This document shows, piece by piece, positions 15,292-21,671 of a DNA stretch of 21,671 nt (the first letter of the stretch is position 1; each line of letters opens with the position of its first letter). Below the pieces are notes generated by a model that saw only the letters and a list, made by a program, of their open reading frames with translations, did not search any database and had not been told where the DNA came from. Made by a program: the position numbers and the translations under genes. Source of the stretch: Comamonadaceae bacterium (GTDB lineage: Bacteria; Pseudomonadota; Gammaproteobacteria; Burkholderiales; Burkholderiaceae_C); assembly GCA_947448745.1 (NCBI GenBank), contig CANFOQ010000043.1, positions 1-21,671 on the forward strand, read 5' to 3'.

Positions 15292-15717
15292 ATGGAAAAG
15301 CAATGGATCAGTTCTGGATCAGGCTATGAAGATCAAATCGGCTATTCACGCGCCGTGGTGGTGGACAACTGGGTATTTGTGTCGGGCACCACAGGGTTTG
15401 ACTATGCCAGCATGGCCATTTCTGATGACGTGGCTACGCAGGCCGAGCAGTGTTTGAAAAGCATCGCCGCGGCTTTAGCGCAGGCTGATTGCAGTTTGGA
15501 TGACGTTGTTCGTGTCAACTACGTGCTGCCCAATGGCGATGATTTTGAAGCCTGTTGGCCTGTGTTGCGCAAGCACTTTGGCACAGCCAAGCCTGCCGCC
15601 ATGATGATCACCGCAGGCTTGCTGGATTCGCGGATGAAGATTGAAATAGAAGTGACGGCGCTGAAGACCCGCAAAGCAATGAATCAAATCGGCGGCGTTG
15701 ATAACCGCCTGAGCTGA
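15292..15717 (+). CDS. RidA/YjgF/TdcF family protein
   Basis: 141 aa from ATG 15292; the track ORF starts at 15253. Motifs are GYSRAVVVDNWVFVSGTTG, DDVVRVNYVL and KIEIEVTA. Confidence 0.85.
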   Translation: MEKQWISSGSGYEDQIGYSRAVVVDNWVFVSGTTGFDYASMAISDDVATQAEQCLKSIAAALAQADCSLDDVVRVNYVLPNGDDFEACWPVLRKHFGTAKPAAMMITAGLLDSRMKIEIEVTALKTRKAMNQIGGVDNRLS

Positions 15718-16614
15718 TTAATTCTTCAACCTCGCCCACGCCTCTTGGTATTTGTCTGCCGTGAGCGAAATCACCTCGGAAGGCAATGTGGGCGCAGGTG
15801 CTTCTTTGTTCCAAGCCGCGCCGTTCATTTGCGCGGTTTCCAACCAGTCGCGCAAATACTGTTTGTCAAAGCTCGGTGGGTTCACGCCTTCGGTGTAGGC
15901 ATCGGCGGGCCAGTAGCGTGACGAGTCGGGTGTCAGCACCTCGTCCATCAGCACCAGCGTGCCCTCGGGGCTCAAGCCAAATTCAAACTTGGTGTCGGCG
16001 ATCAAGATGCCTTTGGCCGCTGCAATGTCATAAGCCGCTTCGTACAGCGCAATGCTGATGCTGCGGATGCGCTCGGCCAAGTCGGGGCCGATCATGGCCA
16101 CCACTTGCTCAAAGCTGATGTTCTCGTCGTGCTCGCCCATCTCGGCCTTGGCGGCGGGCGTGAAGATCGGCTCGGGCAAGCGAGATGCATTCTTCAAGCC
16201 CGCGGGCAGCGGCACGCCGCACACCGATTGGCTCTCTTGGTATTCCTTCCAACCGCTGCCGGCCAAATAGCCGCGCACCACGGCTTCCACCGGAATCGGT
16301 TTCAAGCGGCGCACCAGCATCGAGCGTTGCATCACGAAGGGTTTTTCGGCATCCGACACCGCGGTTTCGGGCGCATCGCCCGTCAAGTGGTTGGGGCAAA
16401 TGTGGCCGAGTTTGTCGAACCAAAACAGCGCCATTTGGGTGAGCAATGCGCCCTTGCCGGGAATGGGCTCGCCCATGACAACATCGAACGCGCTGATGCG
16501 GTCCGAGGCCACCATCAGGATGCGGTCTTCACCGACGGCGTAGTTGTCGCGCACCTTGCCGCGTGCCAACAGGGGAAGTGAGCCAAGGGTGTGGGTGTGC
16601 AGGGTGGGGTTCAT
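15718..16614 (-). CDS. purC: Phosphoribosylaminoimidazole-succinocarboxamide synthase PurC
   Basis: 298 aa. Motifs are [22 protein letters not shown] and [11 protein letters not shown]. The stop abuts the ridA stop. Confidence 0.95.
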   Translation of the reverse strand: MNPTLHTHTLGSLPLLARGKVRDNYAVGEDRILMVASDRISAFDVVMGEPIPGKGALLTQMALFWFDKLGHICPNHLTGDAPETAVSDAEKPFVMQRSMLVRRLKPIPVEAVVRGYLAGSGWKEYQESQSVCGVPLPAGLKNASRLPEPIFTPAAKAEMGEHDENISFEQVVAMIGPDLAERIRSISIALYEAAYDIAAAKGILIADTKFEFGLSPEGTLVLMDEVLTPDSSRYWPADAYTEGVNPPSFDKQYLRDWLETAQMNGAAWNKEAPAPTLPSEVISLTADKYQEAWARLKN

Positions 16615-16654
16615 GGGGCTGTTTTCAAAAAACGGGGTTGGGGAAAAAGGGGAT

Positions 16655-17062
16655 TCACATCAATTGCAAGGCGGGTGCGATGCGTTGCAGGTGCTCAAAG
16701 TCGGCGTCGCGTGCCAGCAGCGGCAGCTCGGCTTCCAACGCGCAAGCTGCCACCACACAGTCGATCGGGTTGCGCACCGTCAAGCCTTGCCAGCGGCAAC
16801 GCGCATACAGCAAGGCCGCTTGCGCGTGCAAATGGGGCCAGTCTTCAGGCTCAAAGACATCGATGGTTTCAAGGGCTGTTTGCAAGGCCATGTAGTGGCT
16901 GGGGGAGCGTGCGCCTTGCAACACTTCTTGCAACACCACGGCGGGGATCAGCACCCCTTGTGGTGAACGCAAGGCGCTGGCCACGGCGTGGTCGTGCCGC
17001 GAGCCGGTGGCGCGCAAGTACTCGACCCAGGCCGAGGTGTCGATCAAGACAGGCAGGCTCAC
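16655..17062 (-). CDS. vapC: PIN-domain ribonuclease toxin VapC
   Basis: 135 aa. It has LIDTSAW (Asp), VLQEVLQG (Glu), NPIDCVVAA and LLARDADF acidic residues in PIN spacing. The start overlaps the vapB stop by 4 nt. Confidence 0.85.
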   Translation of the reverse strand: MSLPVLIDTSAWVEYLRATGSRHDHAVASALRSPQGVLIPAVVLQEVLQGARSPSHYMALQTALETIDVFEPEDWPHLHAQAALLYARCRWQGLTVRNPIDCVVAACALEAELPLLARDADFEHLQRIAPALQLM

Positions 17063-17331
17063 GGGCGTTTGGCCGAGCGTTTGGCCTTGGCCGGCGGCGC
17101 TTTGGCGGCCATCAAGGTGAACCCAGCAGGCTGTGCAAAGGCTTCGTTCGGGTCGTAGTCGTCGGCCAGCACGCCGCTGCCGCGCAAAGCTGTGATGGCG
17201 CTGTAGTCGGGCTTGCGGATGAAGGCTTTGAGGGCGGCTTCGATGGCGGCTTTTTTGGTTTTGACGCCGGCGCGAAGCATGGCCTGGTGGACCAAAGCGT
17301 CATCCAAAACAATGTTGGTACGGGTTTCCAT
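17059..17331 (-). CDS. vapB: VapB-type antitoxin (Rv0623-like)
   Basis: 90 aa from ATG 17331 with SD AGGAAGAG upstream. The N-terminus METRTNIVLDDALVHQAMLRAGVKTKKAAIEAALKAFI is typical of the VapB_antitoxin family. The track ORF extends to 17394. Confidence 0.8.
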   Translation of the reverse strand: METRTNIVLDDALVHQAMLRAGVKTKKAAIEAALKAFIRKPDYSAITALRGSGVLADDYDPNEAFAQPAGFTLMAAKAPPAKAKRSAKRP

Positions 17332-17363
17332 GCGGCTCTTCCTGATCAAAGAGGAGGAGATTT

Positions 17364-17384
17364 TATACACATTTTTTGTGTATA
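17364..17384. promoter_or_regulatory. Perfect 8-bp inverted repeat TATACACA-N5-TGTGTATA upstream of vapB (candidate VapB operator/promoter)
   Basis: Read directly from the sequence. It lies 33-53 nt upstream of the vapB start, inside the AT-rich 72-bp gap between the fba stop and vapB. Confidence 0.5.
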
Positions 17385-17403
17385 TCTCACACAATCTTGG
17401 TGA

Positions 17404-18468
17404 TCAGTGCACCAATTGCGCCAACAAACCTTGCTGGTATTTGGCCGCCATCATTTGCAGTGGCGTGCCTTTGATCTTGCTGCCTTGGCCTTCGCAGCCG
17501 AACTCGAGGTAGCGTTGCTTGCAAATGGCTTTGGCGGCTTCGCGTGCTGGTTTAAGCCATTCACGGGCGTCGAACTTCTCGGGGTTCTCGGCCAAAAATT
17601 GGCGCACCGCAGCCGTCATGGCCAAACGGATGTCGGTGTCGATGTTGATTTTGCGCACACCGTGTTTGATGGCCTCTTGAATTTCGCTCACGGGTACGCC
17701 GTAGGTTTCTTTCAACTTGCCGCCGAACTGGTTGATGCGGGCCAGCAGGTCTTGCGGCACGCTGCTGGAGCCGTGCATCACCAAATGCGTGTTCGGGATG
17801 CGGGTATGAATGGCTTTGACTTGGCTGATGGCCAGCACGTCACCTGTGGGTGGGCGTGTGAATTTGTAAGCACCGTGGCTGGTGCCAATGGCAATCGCCA
17901 AGGCGTCGAGTTGCGTGGCTAGGACAAACTGCGCGGCCTCTTCGGGGTCGGTCAGCATTTGGCTGTGCTCGAGTTTGCCCACCGCGCCCACGCCGTCTTC
18001 TTCGCCCGCTTCGCCCGTTTCCAACGAGCCCAAGCAACCGAGTTCGCCTTCGACAGTAGCGCCAATCGCGTGCGCCATCGCCACCACTTTTTGCGTCACG
18101 CTCACGTTGTAGGCAAAGTCGGCCGGGGTTTTGCCGTCTTCCATGAGAGAGCCGTCCATCATCACCGAGCCAAAACCCAGGTTCAGGGCACCTTGGCAAA
18201 TGGCGGGTGAGGTGCCGTGGTCTTGGTGCATCACCAAGGGGATGTGGGGATAGGACTCGGTGGCGGCTTGAATCAAGTGTTTGATGAAAGGCTCACCGGC
18301 GTATTTGCGGGCACCCGCACTGGCTTGCAAGATGACCGGCGCACCCACTTCATCGGCAGCGGCCATGACGGCCTGTACTTGCTCGAGGTTGTTCACATTG
18401 AAAGCGGGAATGCCATAGCCGTGTTCGGCGGCATGGTCCAAGAGTTCGCGCATTGAAACTAAAGCCAT
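17404..18468 (-). CDS. fba: Fructose-1,6-bisphosphate aldolase, class II
   Basis: 354 aa: [30 protein letters not shown]...VMHQDHG...GTSHGAYKF...LVMHGSS. Confidence 0.95.
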   Translation of the reverse strand: MALVSMRELLDHAAEHGYGIPAFNVNNLEQVQAVMAAADEVGAPVILQASAGARKYAGEPFIKHLIQAATESYPHIPLVMHQDHGTSPAICQGALNLGFGSVMMDGSLMEDGKTPADFAYNVSVTQKVVAMAHAIGATVEGELGCLGSLETGEAGEEDGVGAVGKLEHSQMLTDPEEAAQFVLATQLDALAIAIGTSHGAYKFTRPPTGDVLAISQVKAIHTRIPNTHLVMHGSSSVPQDLLARINQFGGKLKETYGVPVSEIQEAIKHGVRKINIDTDIRLAMTAAVRQFLAENPEKFDAREWLKPAREAAKAICKQRYLEFGCEGQGSKIKGTPLQMMAAKYQQGLLAQLVH

Positions 18469-18497
18469 GGAGAGAGTTCCTTCAAAAGTTAAAAGGG

Positions 18498-19931
18498 TTA
18501 GACCACGCGGCTGATCTTCAGCATGTTGGTGCCGCCGGGTGAGCCCATGGGTTCACCGCAGGTGATGGCATAGACATCGCCGGTGTTGACGATGCCGCGA
18601 TTTTTCAAATGCGCTTCGGCTTGCGCCAAGGCCGTGTCGCGGTCGGTGCTGGTGTCCATCAACAGCGCATGCACATTGCGGTACAGCGCCATGCGGCGTT
18701 GCGTGCGCTCTTTGGTGGTCAGCGCGTAAATGGGGATGTGGATGCGGTGACGGCTCATCCACAAAGGCGTGGAGCCCGATTCGGTGAGCGCCACGATGGC
18801 CTTGGCACCCAAATGATGCGCGGTGAACAAGGCCCCCATGGCAATGGTTTGGTCGATGAACTCAAACTGCTTGCCGGTGAAGTCGGCGTCCAGCGCCACA
18901 TCTTCGGCCTCTTCGGCGGCTTTGCAAATTTGGGCCATTTGCAGCACGGTTTCCAAGGGGAATTTGCCGACAGCGGTTTCGGCGCTGAGCATCACGGCGT
19001 CGGTGCCGTCCAGCACCGCGTTGGCCACGTCACTCACCTCGGCACGGGTGGGCACCGGGTTGGTGATCATGCTCTCCATCATTTGCGTGGCGGTGATCAC
19101 CACCTTGTCCATCTCGCGGGCCATTTTGATCATGCGCTTTTGCAGCGCGGGCACCGCAGCGTTGCCCACCTCGACCGCCAAGTCGCCCCGTGCGACCATG
19201 ATGCCGTCGCTGGCCTTCAAGATTTCTTCCAGGTGCGGAATGGCTTCAAAGCGTTCAATTTTGGCAATCAGGCCGGGCTTGTGTTTGAACGGTTCGGCCG
19301 CCACGTTGCACAACTGCCGCGCCATTTCCATGTCGGTGGCGTTCTTGGGAAAGCTCACCGCCACATAGTCGGCTTGGAAGGACATGGCGGTTTTGATGTC
19401 CTCCATGTCTTTGGCCGTCAGGGCTGGCGCAGTGAGGCCACCGCCTTGTTTGTTGATGCCTTTGTTGTTGGAGAGTTCACCACCCAACTTCACCGTGGTG
19501 TGGACTTGCTCGCCCTTGACCGCGTCAACGGTGAGCACAATCAGGCCGTCATTGAGCAGCAGCAAGTCACCGGCTTTCACATCGCGCGGCAGCTCTTTGT
19601 AATCCAAGCCCACGCCATGCACATCGCCGGGCTCGGTGCGCGAGGCGTCGAGCACAAATTGGGCGCCGTTTTCCAGCATCACCTTGCCGTCGGCGAATTT
19701 GCCGACGCGGATTTTCGGGCCTTGCAAGTCGGCCATGATGGCCACCACTTTGCCAGCCCGCTTGGCCGCTTCGCGCACCAGGTTGGCCCGGTCCACATGG
19801 TCTTGCGCTTGGCCGTGGCTGAAGTTCAAGCGCACCACATTGACACCGGCTTTGATCATTTGCTCCAACACCGCCACCTCACTGGAGGCGGGCCCGAGGG
19901 TGGCAACGATTTTGGTGGCGTGCAGTGGCAT
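18498..19931 (-). CDS. pyk: Pyruvate kinase
   Basis: 477 aa from the internal ATG at 19931 of ORF 18498..20459. Motifs are [16 protein letters not shown]...[19 protein letters not shown] and [10 protein letters not shown]. The upstream extension is antisense to the crp-like gene. Confidence 0.95.
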   Translation of the reverse strand: MPLHATKIVATLGPASSEVAVLEQMIKAGVNVVRLNFSHGQAQDHVDRANLVREAAKRAGKVVAIMADLQGPKIRVGKFADGKVMLENGAQFVLDASRTEPGDVHGVGLDYKELPRDVKAGDLLLLNDGLIVLTVDAVKGEQVHTTVKLGGELSNNKGINKQGGGLTAPALTAKDMEDIKTAMSFQADYVAVSFPKNATDMEMARQLCNVAAEPFKHKPGLIAKIERFEAIPHLEEILKASDGIMVARGDLAVEVGNAAVPALQKRMIKMAREMDKVVITATQMMESMITNPVPTRAEVSDVANAVLDGTDAVMLSAETAVGKFPLETVLQMAQICKAAEEAEDVALDADFTGKQFEFIDQTIAMGALFTAHHLGAKAIVALTESGSTPLWMSRHRIHIPIYALTTKERTQRRMALYRNVHALLMDTSTDRDTALAQAEAHLKNRGIVNTGDVYAITCGEPMGSPGGTNMLKISRVV

Positions 19932-20078
19932 GAAGGTCCCTTGAAATGAGCCGCTATTGTCACACGCTGACCATGGTGACTTGGCTGCCATGGCCTGACT
20001 TTGGCGTGACAGTCTGACTCGCAAATTGCGAACGTTGAACTTGCGCTCTTTGTCATGCACCCCGCCTAAAGTGGGCCC
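19932..20078. promoter_or_regulatory. Divergent pyk / Crp-family regulator intergenic region with clustered TGAC/GTCA tetramers
   Basis: TGAC occurs at 19968, 19977, 19996, 20007 and 20015; GTCA occurs at 19959 and 20052. A near-duplicate occurs as CCATGGtGACTTGG / CCATGGccTGACTTTGG. Function is not established. Confidence 0.3.
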
Positions 20079-20747
20079 ATGAACAACGACACGATTGAAT
20101 TTGAAGCCTTGTCCACAGCCGGCAGTTTGCCGGGCTTGCAGGTACTGGCGCGGCAAGGCCAGGTGCGCCACTACCGCAGAAACACCGTGCTCATCCAGCA
20201 GGGCGACCATGGCCAGCAGCTGTATGTGGTGCTGAGCGGGCGCTTGCGCGAATACGCCCTGTCCACCGACAGCAAGCCGCGTGAAATCACCTTGGCGGTG
20301 GTCGGTGCCGGTCAGTTGGTGGGCGCGTTGGCGCTGGACGAGGGGCCGCATTGCGCCAGCGTGGTCACTTTGTCGGCGGTGGTTTGCGCCGTGGTCAGCC
20401 GCGAAGCCGCGCTGGCCGTGTTGCGCCACCACCCGGGTTTGGCGGTGGACCTGTTGCAACTGGCCTTACAGCGGGTGCGCATGGCCACCGAAACCACCCG
20501 GCTGGCGCTGTTCTCTGACGCTTACAGCCGCCTCAGCGCTTTGTTGTTGCGACAAGAAGCCGAACGCGAGGCCTTGTGCGCCGCCGACAGCCTGCCGGCC
20601 ATGACCCACGCCCAAATGGCGCAGCACATTGGTTGCAGCCGCGAAATGGTCAGCCGCTTGTTGAAAGAGTTGGTGATGGGCGGCTATGTGGTGCGTGAAC
20701 CCGACCGGGTTTACCGGGTCCGCAAGCGATTGCCCGCACGCTGGTAG
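20079..20747 (+). CDS. Crp/Fnr-family transcriptional regulator (cNMP-binding-like domain + C-terminal HTH)
   Basis: 222 aa. The beta-roll region is LIQQGDHGQQLYVVLSGRLREY. The HTH is MTHAQMAQHIGCSREMVSRLLKELVMGGYV. There is no N-terminal Cys cluster, so it is not an Fe-S FNR. Confidence 0.85.
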   Translation: MNNDTIEFEALSTAGSLPGLQVLARQGQVRHYRRNTVLIQQGDHGQQLYVVLSGRLREYALSTDSKPREITLAVVGAGQLVGALALDEGPHCASVVTLSAVVCAVVSREAALAVLRHHPGLAVDLLQLALQRVRMATETTRLALFSDAYSRLSALLLRQEAEREALCAADSLPAMTHAQMAQHIGCSREMVSRLLKELVMGGYVVREPDRVYRVRKRLPARW

Positions 20748-20864
20748 GGGTTGGTCCAAACAGGCCCCAACTGGCTACAATCGGGCTTACGGACTGAGAA
20801 AAACAACAAACTTGCTTTTCTTTGCGAATCGCCCCCTTTTTTGGTGCGCCAAAGCACCTGATTT

Positions 20865-21671
20865 ATGACCAACCTCGAACAACCCATTCCCGCCAACGAG
20901 CCGATGCCGCACCGCAAGGTGATCCGCGAGTGGCTGGTGCCCTTGTCTCACCGCGTCACCTTTGGCGCCATCGTGTTGCTGCTGCTCGATTACGCCATTT
21001 GGGCAGGCTTCTTGGCCGGCACCGTGTTCTTCGAGGCTTGGTGGGCCAAGTTGTTGTGCGCCGTCGCCATGGGTTTCACCATCGGCCGCTTGTTCATCAT
21101 TGGTCATGACGCTTGCCACCAAAGCCTGACCCCCCACCGTGGCCTGAACAAATGGCTGGGCCGGATTGCGTTCCTGCCCTCGCTCACCACCTACAGCTTG
21201 TGGGACATCGGCCACAACGTGGTGCACCATGGCTACACCAACCTCAAAGGTTTCGACTTTGTTTGGGCCCCGCTCACACAGGAAGAATTTGCCAAGCTGT
21301 CGTGGATGGGTCGTTTGTTGGACCGCATCTACCGCAGCGGCTGGGCACCCGGTCTGTACTACATGATCGAAATTTGGTGGAAAAAAATGATCTTTCCCAC
21401 CGCCAAAGAAATGCCCACCCGCCGCCCCATCTTCACCCGAGACAGCTGGCTGATCACCGCCTTTGCTGCCTTGTGGATTGGCGGCATCGTGTTCGCCGCT
21501 TTGGTCACCAACCAGTCGGTGCTGTGGTTGTTGTTCTGCAGTGTTGTCGTGCCGTTCTTGTTCTGGTGCGCCATGATTGGCTTCGTGGTCTATGTGCACC
21601 ACACCCATGTGAAAGTGTCTTGGCACGATGACCGCAGCGCTTGGGCCAAAGCCCAGCCCTTCGTGTCCACC
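20865..21671 (+). CDS. Membrane fatty-acid desaturase family protein (partial; runs off the right edge)
   Basis: Absent from the ORF track because there is no stop in the window. Manual translation from ATG 20865 gives MTNLEQPIPANEP...FIIGHDACHQSLTPH...WDIGHNVVHHGYTN...VVYVHHTH. These are the His boxes HxxxH and HxxHH, plus the start of a third. Confidence 0.85.
   Translation, partial: MTNLEQPIPANEPMPHRKVIREWLVPLSHRVTFGAIVLLLLDYAIWAGFLAGTVFFEAWWAKLLCAVAMGFTIGRLFIIGHDACHQSLTPHRGLNKWLGRIAFLPSLTTYSLWDIGHNVVHHGYTNLKGFDFVWAPLTQEEFAKLSWMGRLLDRIYRSGWAPGLYYMIEIWWKKMIFPTAKEMPTRRPIFTRDSWLITAFAALWIGGIVFAALVTNQSVLWLLFCSVVVPFLFWCAMIGFVVYVHHTHVKVSWHDDRSAWAKAQPFVST

Noticed and set aside
16591-17403. 270-aa plus-strand ORF across the vapBC locus
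   Set aside because: It is Arg/Gly/Ala-rich and antisense to a well-formed vapB-vapC pair with SD and a 4-nt overlap.
18609-19949. 446-aa plus-strand ORF
   Set aside because: It lies entirely antisense to pyruvate kinase. Its H/G/R/V-rich composition is typical of shadow ORFs in high-GC DNA.
19932-20459. 176-codon N-terminal extension of the pyk ORF
   Set aside because: Pyruvate kinase homology starts at [16 protein letters not shown] (ATG 19931). The extension overlaps the crp-like gene on the other strand.
20787-21626. 279-aa minus-strand ORF
   Set aside because: It is antisense to the plus-strand desaturase frame, which shows clear His boxes. It has no domain-like features.
1-21671. tRNA, rRNA, CRISPR arrays, large tandem or interspersed repeats
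   Set aside because: I noticed no cloverleaf-like segments, no regularly spaced repeats and no long duplicated stretches when reading both strands.

Overview
This is a chromosomal window from a high-GC betaproteobacterium. Gene content and order look Burkholderiales/Comamonadaceae-like, which is an inference from recall, not a search. Most of it is housekeeping. On the left are family-4 UDG (partial), rimI, tsaB and a DMT transporter on the minus strand, then dacB on the plus strand. On the right is a minus-strand array pyk-fba-purC-purE-purK-tsaC/sua5, interrupted by a vapBC toxin-antitoxin pair and by a ybbN / orphan brnA / ridA block. A Crp/Fnr-family regulator and a partial membrane fatty-acid desaturase close the window.

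The stand-out is a tightly packed seven-gene plus-strand operon at about 4.25-11.1 kb, wedged between dacB and sua5. It encodes a copper membrane monooxygenase in C-A-B order (PmoCAB/AmoCAB/XmoCAB family). Downstream are a PmoD/AmoD-like protein carrying a C-X7-M-X-H motif and a Cu(II)-only-type CopC. They are followed by a CopD fused to a class-I cytochrome c and a Cys-poor thioredoxin-fold domain, then a membrane-anchored PHB-depolymerase-family esterase.

The flanks are not those of a nitrifier or methanotroph. No hao/cyc or methanol dehydrogenase genes lie in the window, so the substrate is open; short-chain alkane is the leading guess. I found no tRNA, rRNA, CRISPR array, IS element or integrase. 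Many long ORFs in the track are antisense or alternate-frame artefacts of high GC.
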